Of a DNA stretch of 51,975 bases, positions 1 through 10,260 are shown piece after piece. Made by a program: the position numbers and the translations under genes. Where the stretch lies: assembly GCA_007127235.1 (NCBI GenBank), contig SKZT01000068.1:1-51975 (forward strand). The letters are read 5' to 3'. The notes under the pieces were generated by a model, which did not search any database, was not told the DNA's origin, and saw only the letters and a program-made list of their open reading frames with translations. The stretch comes from Desulfobacteraceae bacterium. Lineage in GTDB: Bacteria > Desulfobacterota > Desulfobacteria > Desulfobacterales > SKZT01. Position 1 is the stretch's first letter. Each line of letters opens with the position of its first letter.

Positions 1-3000
1 GGATCGTTCAATTCATGACCATTATGAACAATTCTCAGGGGTAAACGTACGGGGCGATCAGCCAGACTTCTGAGTGCTCCGGGAACCAGAAGTTCTTCAC
101 AGGATGCCAGGATACGACGGATCAAGGTTTTGTCATTCAACATTTCCAGAGTAATGGCAAACAACTGGTTGGGCCTGAGAGCGTCGTCCCGGAGTCCGGA
201 TCGGGCCGGTTCATTGAAATCGGCATGAAGACAATCAGACAGGTAGCCTGATGAATCCATCCAAAAAAGATCCAAAACAGAACGTTGCACACGCTCTGCA
301 AGAGTTTTGTATTTTTTTGAATTTTGCGTTTCATCGATTTCAGAGACAAAGGATAATGCTGCAAACCACAGGGCCTGGATTTCAATTGGATAACCCTGCC
401 TTGGGGTTCCCGCCGGATAGTTGGTGTCCATCCATGTAAAATGGCCCGGGCTGAAAATAAGGCCGGATTCCGGGTCCATGCGGATACCGTTATCGGTTCC
501 GCTAATCATATGATTTACTATGGATAACAAAATATTGCGGATTGTTCTTCCGCCGCATTGAGAATCGAGAAAATCATTGCTTTTCTCAGCGCGGACAAGA
601 TCGGCACATGCAACACAAAACCAGAGTGGCGCATCGGCAGTATCCCGATTTCCCACATCATCCCCCCGGATCATATTGGGGATGGTGCCGTTTTTTTCAA
701 ATCGCCCGAACAAAGATAAGACAGCACGGCAGGTTTGTAATTTTTCTGCTGCGATCAATCCCCTGGCAACAATCAGGGAGTCACGCCCCCAATCGAGAAA
801 CCACGGATATCCGGCCATGACAGAATAAAGCTGTTCTCTGTGAACGATAAAATGTTCAAGAGCATCAACGAGGGCTTCAACGGGGGTAAGCTCCTTTGCT
901 TCTTTGAAAGAGGCCGGTGAATATGAAAAACTCTCATGGGCTTGTTTTTCTTCAAAATAGGGATATGTCTCGATTTTTGCCAGCAATCCAACTGTTTCTC
1001 CACCGCTGAGTTCAGCGGAAAAATAACCAGGGCTGAATAAATCCGAGTGAGGGTCCAGGCCACGCTCGGATTCTAAAGGATGATCGACCATATACATCCA
1101 TTGAGGTTCGAAGGAAAATATTCCTTTTGAAATTTCCATAGCCAGACGATGGTGAGATTGCGGAGAGAATAAAAACCCCCTGGGTTGACTTTGGATGGAT
1201 TGAGGCCAAATGGTTTCCGGTCCGAGATATGCTTTTGTGATTTCGTGAAAATTGCGATCTTCAATGTCAGGTCTGATGATTAATTTAACGTTTGAAGAAT
1301 CCGGAAGGCGCCCTTCTGCTTGTGATGCGCATCGATGAAAATGGGTCACAACGGTGTTTTGTCCGGCAACCATTTTCATGAAAATATCGAGAACGACATG
1401 CTCGCCCTGGCCGCTGGGAACAGTAAAACGCCATCTTGCGCGATCTTTGTAATCATAGGAAAATGAATCAAAGCAGTCAAAAGAGATTTCCTGTGAATAG
1501 TCCTGGTAAACCAGCCAGGCTCTGCAACGGCTGAGCATGATTTGCCGATCGGTTGGAAATTGCGGACTCAGGTTTCCGGCAAGAAGGGCATCGTATTTGC
1601 TACGGATTTTTCCCCAGCGGATATTTGCACGGAGCATTCCCCCGCGTTGATTGGTATCCAGATACAGTTGGTGATTTTTCAAAATATCTTTGCGGTTAAA
1701 ATGTTTTTGGACGCAAAAATGGGAAGGCCGGGGAAGAAAGAGCAATGGTGCATGAATATGTGGGGCAGGGGGCGTGCCAAAAACAGTCAGAGAAAGTGAA
1801 TAACGGGTGAAACTCGTGGGCGGAAAAACAGGTGTAAATATAGCGAAAAAAGCACCATCATCACTCTGAATGCTGTTTTCCTGGCGGATACAGTAGTCCT
1901 GATCCATAATCCTGGCCCGAAAAGGTTTTTCTGCAAAAATGGCCAAAAAATGACCGGGCGGAACCATGACTTCGCGATTCTGATCCCGGGGCCATTGCCA
2001 GGTGACCACAAGGGATTCATGGTTTTTTGGGTTGAAGTTTCGGCAAAATTGAATCGGATCGGCACTGAGTTGGTAAGCTGCAGCATCCGGGTCAAAATTT
2101 CCAAAATCTTTTACATCGTTGTAAAACATGAAGATGTCCAAAGCCTTGGCACGCAAGAGCTGGTGTTGAATTCGGTGTGCAATTGCAAATGGCTGCGCCT
2201 TTGACTGCTCCAACAGTTCCAAATCCTCTGGGTTTTCGGATAAGCAAAGGACCTCGCCCGGCTCCAAAAAACAGGTTGCGGCGTTTTCGGCAGTTTTCAC
2301 AAAAACGTCTTTTTGGGTAATCAGGTCTTTAAAAACACTGCCTCTTATATTTGCTTTCTCAGGATTCCATGCTGCCTGAACAGCATTCTGGTCATCCAGG
2401 TTTGCCACAATCAAAAGTTTTTTCCCCGAGGGTATATGGTGGCGTGCCAGCGCGATAAATTCTCCGTCACCTTCCTGGACCCACTTGATTTTTGTCTCAG
2501 GATGAAATGCCGGATGGTTTTTGAGCAGGATGCTGAGTTGTTGAATATGTTCCACCTGATTATGGGCTGCATTCCAGTTTAAAGATGGTGCATCATGAAC
2601 ATTGATTTTTTCCGTGGCATACCACTCAACGCCATTGGCAAATCCGAATGCACCGTTGGCAGAACACAGGGCGCAAAGAGCAGTCCGCATTTTTGCATAG
2701 GTTGTCGAACGGGATGCCAACCTGTTGTTGTCGTGTGTTTCCGAAAAGTGAATAGTAATCCCGTCGGTTTCTGATATGTTGAGAGCTTCCGGCAGATAAG
2801 ATTGGATTTCCTGGCGGGAGTAGTTTTGAAAAAGCTCGGAATAAGCCCAGTTGAAACCTCCAAGGTTTAAAAGATCCCGGGTAACTGAAATCTTTCCTCC
2901 CAGACCTTCCAGAAGAAAAATGGTATCCGGATATTGTTTTCGAACCGATGCAATGATGAATTTCCAGGCATTAAGGGGAATCATGTATCCTGCATCACAA

Positions 3001-3980
3001 CGGAAACCATCGATTCCCCGCTGACACCAGGTCAGAAACACATCCGCCATATATTTCCACAACTCCTTTTTTGAATAATCGAGCATGGTAAGGTCCTCCC
3101 ACAGCACACCCCAGGCCCCGGGAACTTCTATGTGCCCATCGGGTTTTCGGACCAGCCACTCCGGGTGTGTTTCATGAAGATCGGCAGCCCATCCGGTATG
3201 ATTAATGGCAATATCCATTAAGACTTTGGCATTCCGGTAATGGATGGCATCCACAAGTTCGAGATACTGTTCCACCGGAGTGGCGCGCGGGTCGAACTCA
3301 GCAAGGGCAGGGTCGACCGTGGTAAAACTCAGGGATGCGTAAGGGCTTCCGAATCGTCCCATCCTGGCATAAGTGGTGGGGGTGGGATGTATGGGAAGCA
3401 GCTGGATAAACCTGCATCCGAGTTTTCCGATAATAAAATCGAGTTCTTTGATAAGTGCCCTGAAAGTTCCGGACGGAGGAATGACGGCATAACCGGCTTT
3501 ATCCAGTTCCTGGATCCGTCTATGCATGACTGGGTCCTCATTGGCTCTCCGGCTTTTATTGGGTCCGAATTGGCGCACAAAGGCATTATAGAGGATGTTG
3601 GCGCAGCAGGTGTCCGCCGGTTCCACATTGACAGTTGTATTGGGTCCATCCGGCCATAGGGGCTTTATGGCATCCTTTGGGAAAAAAAGACATTTTGCCT
3701 CGAAGTGTCCTATTTCGCAAAGGGGGACTGTTATTTGGAACATCCCGTTATCAAATTGTTTCATAGGGATATCGAACCAGTCACGCCCGAGGGGAGGATG
3801 TTCTTCATTGACGTTATGGATGATTTCTTCCCGGGAAATTTTGCCATACCCAATATTGGTACGAAGAAAAGCACGCCCGGCAGCAGGTTTTGATAATTTG
3901 AGAGTAAAAGTCGCAGTATCTCCACGAAATTGAATGCATCGGGTTCCGGGCTCAGGATATTGTAAAATGTGTAAATCCAT
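1..3980 (-). CDS. Glycogen debranching enzyme (N-terminal GH13 alpha-amylase domain + C-terminal amylo-alpha-1,6-glucosidase domain), 3' end beyond window
   Basis: Manual translation from ATG 3980 (alternative in-frame ATG 4016): MDLHILQYPEPG...QLLPIHPTPTTYARMGRFGSPYA...DIAINHTGW...GIDGFRCDAGYM (GH13 motifs)...AGYPWFLDWGRD...GTIPN...FTWMDT...GYPIEIQALW; same frame at position 1. Missing from the ORF track, consistent with no stop inside the window. Confidence 0.9.
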   Translation of the reverse strand, partial: MDLHILQYPEPGTRCIQFRGDTATFTLKLSKPAAGRAFLRTNIGYGKISREEIIHNVNEEHPPLGRDWFDIPMKQFDNGMFQITVPLCEIGHFEAKCLFFPKDAIKPLWPDGPNTTVNVEPADTCCANILYNAFVRQFGPNKSRRANEDPVMHRRIQELDKAGYAVIPPSGTFRALIKELDFIIGKLGCRFIQLLPIHPTPTTYARMGRFGSPYASLSFTTVDPALAEFDPRATPVEQYLELVDAIHYRNAKVLMDIAINHTGWAADLHETHPEWLVRKPDGHIEVPGAWGVLWEDLTMLDYSKKELWKYMADVFLTWCQRGIDGFRCDAGYMIPLNAWKFIIASVRKQYPDTIFLLEGLGGKISVTRDLLNLGGFNWAYSELFQNYSRQEIQSYLPEALNISETDGITIHFSETHDNNRLASRSTTYAKMRTALCALCSANGAFGFANGVEWYATEKINVHDAPSLNWNAAHNQVEHIQQLSILLKNHPAFHPETKIKWVQEGDGEFIALARHHIPSGKKLLIVANLDDQNAVQAAWNPEKANIRGSVFKDLITQKDVFVKTAENAATCFLEPGEVLCLSENPEDLELLEQSKAQPFAIAHRIQHQLLRAKALDIFMFYNDVKDFGNFDPDAAAYQLSADPIQFCRNFNPKNHESLVVTWQWPRDQNREVMVPPGHFLAIFAEKPFRARIMDQDYCIRQENSIQSDDGAFFAIFTPVFPPTSFTRYSLSLTVFGTPPAPHIHAPLLFLPRPSHFCVQKHFNRKDILKNHQLYLDTNQRGGMLRANIRWGKIRSKYDALLAGNLSPQFPTDRQIMLSRCRAWLVYQDYSQEISFDCFDSFSYDYKDRARWRFTVPSGQGEHVVLDIFMKMVAGQNTVVTHFHRCASQAEGRLPDSSNVKLIIRPDIEDRNFHEITKAYLGPETIWPQSIQSQPRGFLFSPQSHHRLAMEISKGIFSFEPQWMYMVDHPLESERGLDPHSDLFSPGYFSAELSGGETVGLLAKIETYPYFEEKQAHESFSYSPASFKEAKELTPVEALVDALEHFIVHREQLYSVMAGYPWFLDWGRDSLIVARGLIAAEKLQTCRAVLSLFGRFEKNGTIPNMIRGDDVGNRDTADAPLWFCVACADLVRAEKSNDFLDSQCGGRTIRNILLSIVNHMISGTDNGIRMDPESGLIFSPGHFTWMDTNYPAGTPRQGYPIEIQALWFAALSFVSEIDETQNSKKYKTLAERVQRSVLDLFWMDSSGYLSDCLHADFNEPARSGLRDDALRPNQLFAITLEMLNDKTLIRRILASCEELLVPGALRSLADRPVRLPLRIVHNGHELND

Positions 3981-4078
3981 AATTATGGGCTGTTTCTCCT
4001 GCTTTTTGGATTGCATAGGTTTTGCTTTTGTGTGTTTTGGAAAAATAAGAACTCCATATTCCTGGCTGGCGCAAAACT

Positions 4079-5626
4079 TTATTTAACTGATTTGATTTCT
4101 TCACCAAGTATGGATCGTGGAATTAAATCGCGCTCGAGCATTTTTTCATAAAGACTGATATATTGTGAAGCTGTGACGTCATAATTAAAATTCTCAAGGC
4201 TTTCGATCATGATTCGGCGGATTTGGGGATGTTTTTTTGACTCTGGAAGATGAAAAAAGCCCATGGCCTGGCGGATAGCACCGTGAAGACCGGCAGTGTC
4301 GTATACCGAAAAAAGGAAGCCGTTTCCGGTGTTGGCATCCACATCCAGGTGCTGGATAGTGTCATGTATGCCCCCGGTATCATGGGCGACAGGTAAAGAT
4401 CCATATATAGGGGCAATCATCTGCGGTAAACCACAAGGTTCGAATAAAGAAGGCATCAGAATAAAATCCGATGCACCATAAGCCAGGTGCTCAAGATGCT
4501 CGTTAAAGTCACAAACTGCGATGCGGTATTGAAACCCATGATAAGCCACGATTTCCCTGAAATGCTTTTGGAACGGCCCATTGGCTATGAATACCATCTG
4601 AAGCTCATCTTCCCAAAACTCAGATATGACCGAATATAAGATATCGGCCAGAAGCTGACAGCCTTTCTGGATAGGATCCAGCCGGGAGGGCCATAAAAAC
4701 AAAGGGGATGAGGCGTTTTTCGAGAGACCCAGCAATTGTTGCATCTTTATTTTGTTCTCACATTTGCCTTTAACAAAGGATTGAGCATCATATGTAGTGC
4801 ATAAATCCTTGTCATTAATGGGATTGAAACCTGGATCCGGGGCGTTAAGAATACCGAATCCACAGCCGGCTTCCCATTTATGGGTTAGTTCCCGGCGCAG
4901 AGGTGGTTCCACGAATTTATGACGACCCTCCACAATCTCCATGAGAAATGTGGGACTTACGGTATTGACAAAGTGGGCTGCGAAGACTCCGCTTGTCAGA
5001 AAGTCCACTGGATTGGTTTCCCTGGCCCCTTCATAATCCTCGGCCATATGCTCAAAGTAGAGATGATGAAAGAAATAGGCGGCATCGATTCCGCGATCTT
5101 CGATGACCTCCATTGTGCATTTGACCGTGTGGATATTGTGGATTGTAAAAAGGCAGGGAATTCGCATCTGGCGGGCCATAGGGGGAATGAGTCCGGTCAT
5201 CCAGTCATTACAGTGAATGAGATCCGGCCGCACCCTCGGAACAATGTTGTTAATCACTTCCCTTTGAAAAGCAAGTGATAATTTGATATTTTCATCCCCG
5301 GACTGAGAGTATACCCGGTTGAGATAGAAAAAAGCCCGATCCTGGGCCAGGTGAACCCGGTCATCCGGCATCAGGCTACGGATAACACTTAGTTCTTTCT
5401 TAAGAAAAGGAGCCAGGTGATCCCGGAAAATGGATCGATAGTCCGGCAGGGCCACATGGACATCTGCACCCTGGTCGAAAAGTGCTTTAATCAGGGCTGC
5501 CGATACGTCAGCAAGCCCCCCGGCCTTGGCGGTCAACAGGTTCGCAAGGCTTCCCATACGATCCGGAAGGTATGTTACCTCCGGTGTCACAATTAATATC
5601 CGGGGTGACTCTTCGATTCGTTTCAT
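4079..5626 (-). CDS. glgA: Glycogen/starch synthase (GT5)
   Basis: KAGGLADV ADP-glucose-binding motif, HCNDWMTGL, FTIHN, SRLDPIQKG, MPSLFEPCGLPQM; adjacent to the debranching enzyme. Confidence 0.88.
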   Translation of the reverse strand: MKRIEESPRILIVTPEVTYLPDRMGSLANLLTAKAGGLADVSAALIKALFDQGADVHVALPDYRSIFRDHLAPFLKKELSVIRSLMPDDRVHLAQDRAFFYLNRVYSQSGDENIKLSLAFQREVINNIVPRVRPDLIHCNDWMTGLIPPMARQMRIPCLFTIHNIHTVKCTMEVIEDRGIDAAYFFHHLYFEHMAEDYEGARETNPVDFLTSGVFAAHFVNTVSPTFLMEIVEGRHKFVEPPLRRELTHKWEAGCGFGILNAPDPGFNPINDKDLCTTYDAQSFVKGKCENKIKMQQLLGLSKNASSPLFLWPSRLDPIQKGCQLLADILYSVISEFWEDELQMVFIANGPFQKHFREIVAYHGFQYRIAVCDFNEHLEHLAYGASDFILMPSLFEPCGLPQMIAPIYGSLPVAHDTGGIHDTIQHLDVDANTGNGFLFSVYDTAGLHGAIRQAMGFFHLPESKKHPQIRRIMIESLENFNYDVTASQYISLYEKMLERDLIPRSILGEEIKSVK

Positions 5627-5742
5627 AAGTGATACTCTAATTTGATTTAAGGTTTCTTACCGATGGATAGATAGGAACTCGCCGTTTGTCAAGGGAAATC
5701 TCCGGGTTTCCATGTTCATTGGCCATGTCGACAAAATTGCTC

Positions 5743-5847
5743 ATAGCTTTCCAGAAAATGTTTTTTGCTGCGTTATCGGTCGGAGATATACGAAAAAGTA
5801 TGATCTTTTCCCTATAGTCATGCCAAAAACATTTTCTGAACAGCTAT
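5743..5847 (-). mobile_element. MITE-like element copy 1 (~105 bp, ~26-bp terminal inverted repeats), inverted relative to copies 2 and 3
   Basis: ATAGCTTTCCAGAAAATGTTTTTTGC...GCCAAAAACATTTTCTGAACAGCTAT; interior is the reverse complement of the copies at 23028 and 35611. Confidence 0.8.
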
Positions 5848-5925
5848 AAGGTTTAATATACACTTTATTGGCTTATTGTGATATCCTTTTTGCCTAAAGG
5901 GTTTACGGGTTATCCATATTGAGAG

Positions 5926-6630
5926 ATGGGGGAGAGCATGGAAAAGCATCCTGATTTTAAAAATGTTTATCACCTTGAGCAGCTTAATGAAAAAAGCAGG
6001 GTTTTTCAGGACAGGGAAGACGCCGGAAAAGTTTTGTCCGGAATGCTTTCAGGTGTTATTGATTCCACTGCCGTGATATTTGGAATACCTGCGGGAGGCG
6101 TTCCGGTGGCCTCGGTTATTGCAGATGAATTACACTTGGAACTGGATGTGGCCGTGGTGAGTAAAATTACCCTTCCCTGGAACACCGAAGCGGGCTATGG
6201 TGCAGTAGCGTTTAATGGAATCACGGGGTTAAATGAGCCTTTGATAAAGCGTATTGGACTCAGCAATGATTTGGTGAATGAAGGAATTAAAAAAACGGCT
6301 CAAAAAGTAAAGCACAGAATGCAGGCGCTCAGGGGAAAACGACCCCTACCGGATCTGAAAGAAAAAACCGTCATTTTGGTTGATGACGGTCTTGCTTCTG
6401 GATTTACCATGCTGGTGGCACTGGAAGCGGTATCCAAATGGGATGCAAAGCAAATCATTGTTGCAGTACCCACGGGACATTTGGAGTCTGTGGGAAAAAT
6501 TGTCAACAGAGTAGAAAGGGTGTTTTGCCCTAATATCCGAAGCGGGCGGGTTTTTGCAGTTGCTGATGCTTACAGAGATTGGTCGGATGTCTCCGAGTAT
6601 GAACTTTTGGAAATTTTGAATCCGAAATGA
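5926..6630 (+). CDS. Putative phosphoribosyltransferase (type I PRTase family)
   Basis: FQDREDAG N-terminal motif, GIPAGGVPV, and PRPP-binding VILVDDGLASGFT; start may be 5938. Confidence 0.85.
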   Translation: MGESMEKHPDFKNVYHLEQLNEKSRVFQDREDAGKVLSGMLSGVIDSTAVIFGIPAGGVPVASVIADELHLELDVAVVSKITLPWNTEAGYGAVAFNGITGLNEPLIKRIGLSNDLVNEGIKKTAQKVKHRMQALRGKRPLPDLKEKTVILVDDGLASGFTMLVALEAVSKWDAKQIIVAVPTGHLESVGKIVNRVERVFCPNIRSGRVFAVADAYRDWSDVSEYELLEILNPK

Positions 6631-6819
6631 GCCACGTGCGAATTTACATTCGGTGCAACCGAAAAAAAAACAGGCCCCTCAAAGACCCGGAGGTCTGCAG
6701 AAAATGTAAACACTCAAGAAAATGCAAGGATTTTCAGCGCTATTTGCAGCCGGAACTTCCCTTTGCATTTTCAAAGCCGGGGTTCAGAGGGCGTATTTGA
6801 AAAAATATACACGTGTCCA

Positions 6820-7833
6820 TTACCATCTTAGCAGAATCGATCCGTAAGTCAGGCCTGCCCCGAATGTATCCAGAAGGATAGTGTCGCCAGGTTTTATCTT
6901 GCCGGTACGAATGCCTTCATCAAGCGCCGTGGGAACTGTTGCTGCCGATGTGTTACCATATCTGTCCAAATTGATCAGGGTTTTTTCCATGGGAAAGCCC
7001 AATCTTTGGGCCACAGCTTCGATAATACGAAGATTGGCCTGATGCGGAACGAACCAGTCAAGATCTGAAACAAGCAAACCGTTTTCCCTGAGTGCTTTAC
7101 GCGCAAATTCGGTAAGGGTTCTTACGGCAACCTTGAAGATTTCTTTGCCGTTCATTTTCATTTTATGAAGGTTCTGAAAATATCGGCCCGGAGTCACTTC
7201 CAATTTGGACCCGCCGGCCGGAATATAGAAAAGTTTCCACAGATTTCCGTCAGACAACAAATGGGTGTAAAGTATTCGTCTTTCGGAATCCCGGGAAACC
7301 CTTTCAACAACAGCGGCACCGGCTCCATCACCAAAGAGAATACAGGAAGAACGATCCCTGAAATTTAAAAAAGGACTTAATACTTCGGAACCTATGACGA
7401 GTGATACGTTTACTTTTCCGGATTGTAAATACTGCTCGGCCATTGAAAGACCATATAAAAATCCTGAGCAGGCCGCATTGATATCCACCGCCCAGGCGTT
7501 TTTGGCACCCATTTTATATTGAATCCAGCAAGCTGTTGAAGGAATAAGGGTATCGGGCGAGCAGGTGGCACAGATAATCTGATCAATGTCCAAAGGACTT
7601 TTCCCTGCCATCTCAAGGGCTTTTTGGGCGGCTTTCAATCCCAGGGATGAATTGTATTCCGAAGGCTCATCAGTTTTAGCAAATCTTCTCTCCCTGATTC
7701 CGGTTCTTGTCTGAATCCATAAATCATTTGTTTCTATGCCTATCTTTGACAATCTTTCGGCCAATTCCTGGTTGGCTATACATTTTTTGGGAAAAGCCGA
7801 CCCGGTTCCAGTGATCCTGGCTGCGTACTCCAT
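6820..7833 (-). CDS. fabH: 3-oxoacyl-ACP synthase III
   Basis: ITGTGSAFP, RTGIRERR, AACSGF (catalytic Cys), PHQANLRII (His), YGNTSAATVP (Asn), FGAGLT; ATG 7833 follows an AAGGAG SD. Confidence 0.95.
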   Translation of the reverse strand: MEYAARITGTGSAFPKKCIANQELAERLSKIGIETNDLWIQTRTGIRERRFAKTDEPSEYNSSLGLKAAQKALEMAGKSPLDIDQIICATCSPDTLIPSTACWIQYKMGAKNAWAVDINAACSGFLYGLSMAEQYLQSGKVNVSLVIGSEVLSPFLNFRDRSSCILFGDGAGAAVVERVSRDSERRILYTHLLSDGNLWKLFYIPAGGSKLEVTPGRYFQNLHKMKMNGKEIFKVAVRTLTEFARKALRENGLLVSDLDWFVPHQANLRIIEAVAQRLGFPMEKTLINLDRYGNTSAATVPTALDEGIRTGKIKPGDTILLDTFGAGLTYGSILLRW

Positions 7834-8117
7834 CTGGTTGTTGTAATCTCCTTCAAAAAATGGCGAATGGTAAAAGTAAGTTAAGGTCAGAAAAATCGTA
7901 AAAAGAATATAGAAAAGAAAGAAATGTGTCAAACACGATATTCATTTTTTTTCGATAGATAAACCGGTACTGTTTTTGCATTTAATTTTTCTTTGGTGAT
8001 ATGGTTTAAAATAAAGGCTGGATGCCCCGCCTTGGCAAAAGCCCTTGAGAGACACTAAAATAAAAGATATATGCGGCCCCGCTGGGGTGTAAAATAAATT
8101 TTTAACTTTTTTTGCCC

Positions 8118-9344
8118 ATGCCAGTATTTGAGTATAAAGCGCTTAATGAAAAAGGAAAGTCCATGAGTGGCATCATTGATGCTGACAGTTCCTTTTCAGC
8201 CCGTCAAAAACTCAGGGCAGCCCGGATTTTTCCGGTATCTGTATATGAAATTGAAAAAAACCCCGAGGGAAAATCAGGTTTTTTTTCGAATTTACCTTCT
8301 TTTTTTATTCGAATAAGCCCGTTGGAAATAGCTGCCTATACAAGACAGCTGTCGACTCTGGTGGGTGCAGGATTTCCCCTGGTTAACGCCATTGATTCGC
8401 TGATTCCACAAATCAGATCCCAACATTTTAAAAAAAAGCTTGCCCGTATCAAAGATGATGTGGTTGAAGGAAACACTTTTGCGGGGGCTCTTTCACAACA
8501 CCCGGATACGTTTCCCCCTTTTTATGTGAACATGGTGCGTGCCGGTGAGATTTCAGGCACCTTAGACATCGTCCTGGAACGTCTGTCTGAGATGACAGAG
8601 AGGCAGCAGGCACTTAAACATCGAATTCGAACCGCTATTGCCTATCCGGTTTTAATGTCCGTTATCGGAGTTTTAGTCGTATTCTTTCTTATGGCATATA
8701 TTGTTCCTTCAATTACTGCCATCTTTGACGAAATGGACCAGATGCTTCCAGTTTATACCCGTATTTTGATTTCTGTGAGCGGTTTATTCCAGAAATTCTG
8801 GTGGATTGCTTTGGCTTTAGCTGTTGCAGTTGTGGCTGCATGCAGAAAATGTTTGAAAAAACCCCGAGCACAATATGTATTTCATAAACTATTGTTAAAG
8901 ACACCAGGTATGGGAGAGTTGATTCGAAAATTGGCAGCAGCTCGCTTTTCAAGAATGCTCGGCTCCCTGTTGGAAAATGGTGTGTCCATGTTGGCTGCAC
9001 TGCAGATTGTCAAAAATATTGTGGGCAATAGTGTGATTTCCGGAGCAATCGATTCTGTATCCAGCGAGGTGGGTAGAGGACGCAGCCTGTCCAATTGCCT
9101 TGATGAAGCAGGGGTTTTTCCTCCACTTTGTATTCAAATGATAAAGGTGGGGGAAGATAGCGGAGATCTTGAAAAAATGCTTTTCAAGGTTGCGGATGTT
9201 TTTGAAAATGAATTCGAGTCCAAGATTATGACACTTACTTCCCTCTTGGAACCTGTTTTAATAGTGATTATGGGTATGATTGTCGGATTTATCGTCGTTT
9301 CGATATGTTTGCCCATTTTCGAAATGAACCAGTTGATTGGATAA
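8118..9344 (+). CDS. gspF: Type II secretion inner-membrane platform protein GspF/PilC family
   Basis: MPVFEYKA start, TRQLSTLVGAG, MVRAGEISGTL, AIAYP, MIKVGEDSGDL, LLEP: two T2SSF domains. Confidence 0.92.
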   Translation: MPVFEYKALNEKGKSMSGIIDADSSFSARQKLRAARIFPVSVYEIEKNPEGKSGFFSNLPSFFIRISPLEIAAYTRQLSTLVGAGFPLVNAIDSLIPQIRSQHFKKKLARIKDDVVEGNTFAGALSQHPDTFPPFYVNMVRAGEISGTLDIVLERLSEMTERQQALKHRIRTAIAYPVLMSVIGVLVVFFLMAYIVPSITAIFDEMDQMLPVYTRILISVSGLFQKFWWIALALAVAVVAACRKCLKKPRAQYVFHKLLLKTPGMGELIRKLAAARFSRMLGSLLENGVSMLAALQIVKNIVGNSVISGAIDSVSSEVGRGRSLSNCLDEAGVFPPLCIQMIKVGEDSGDLEKMLFKVADVFENEFESKIMTLTSLLEPVLIVIMGMIVGFIVVSICLPIFEMNQLIG

Positions 9345-9493
9345 TGATTTGCTGGCAGTCACCTGAATAAAAGCTGTCAAGAAATTGTCGACCGCAATAA
9401 GAAAATCAGTTTGAATTTTATATACTTATGTCCGATAATATAAACAGAAACATTTATTTGGATTTTTTACATTTTATTTAAAATTTTGGGAGA

Positions 9494-10144
9494 ATGATTA
9501 TGAAAAAGTTCATTACCATATTGATTCTTTTTGCTTTCGCAGTGGCACTGAATGCGTGTGCCGGAGCGACACATCAGGAAAGCAAGGCTAGAACCGGGGT
9601 GTTGATCGGTGCAGGTGCAGGGGCTGCTACCGGACAGGCAATCGGCAGGGATACCCGGGGAACGCTTATTGGCGCTGCTCTCGGCGCCGCTATCGGAGGA
9701 CTTGCGGGCCATCAAATCGGAGGTTACATGGACCAGCAGGAACATGAGCTTAGAAACGTGGTTGCCGCAACCGACGCTGCAAGCATTCGAAGAACCCAGG
9801 ACGTGTTGACAGCCACTTTCAAATCGGATTTCTTGTTTGATTTTGATTCGGCAACTTTAAAACCAGGAGCTTATACGGAGTTGAACCGTGTTGCAAATGT
9901 TTTGGTTCAATATCCCCAAACCAGAATAAGGGTTGAAGGGCATACAGACATGGTAGGAGGCGAAGTTTACAATCAACAATTGTCTGAAAGACGCGCTGAA
10001 GCAGTTAAATCAGCACTTGTGCAGCGCGGAGTGAGCCCCTACCGTATTAATACAATAGGGTATGGAAAATCTCAGCCAATTTCTTCTGTAGATGCTTTGA
10101 ACAGAAGGGTGGAAATTGTTATCATCCCGATTGAACAAGGCTAA
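9494..10144 (+). CDS. OmpA-family lipoprotein with glycine zipper (YiaD-like)
   Basis: Lipobox LNAC, Gly-zipper GAGAGAATG/GAALGAAIGG, OmpA C-domain EGHTD...NQQLSERRA...NRRVEI. Confidence 0.92.
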   Translation: MIMKKFITILILFAFAVALNACAGATHQESKARTGVLIGAGAGAATGQAIGRDTRGTLIGAALGAAIGGLAGHQIGGYMDQQEHELRNVVAATDAASIRRTQDVLTATFKSDFLFDFDSATLKPGAYTELNRVANVLVQYPQTRIRVEGHTDMVGGEVYNQQLSERRAEAVKSALVQRGVSPYRINTIGYGKSQPISSVDALNRRVEIVIIPIEQG

Positions 10145-10260
10145 CAAGTGTTCAGGGTGATGAAAATGGTGACGGCCTTGCCGCAGTTTCATCGCCCTGT
10201 AAATTCGCGATTGGTTTAATTTCCCCATATTCAGGAGTGATAAGGAAAAAGGAGAGGAAA

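Noticed and set aside
137-3933. Many short ORFs on both strands suggesting a fragmented or novel region
   Set aside because: All overlap one continuous minus-strand debranching-enzyme frame that runs off the window edge.
6628-6831. PRTase stop TGA followed by GCC ACG TGC (would read U-A-T-C) and an open frame of about 65 codons, a possible Sec read-through
   Set aside because: The PRTase domain is already complete, no convincing G-loop SECIS follows, and the extension resembles no protein and runs into fabH.
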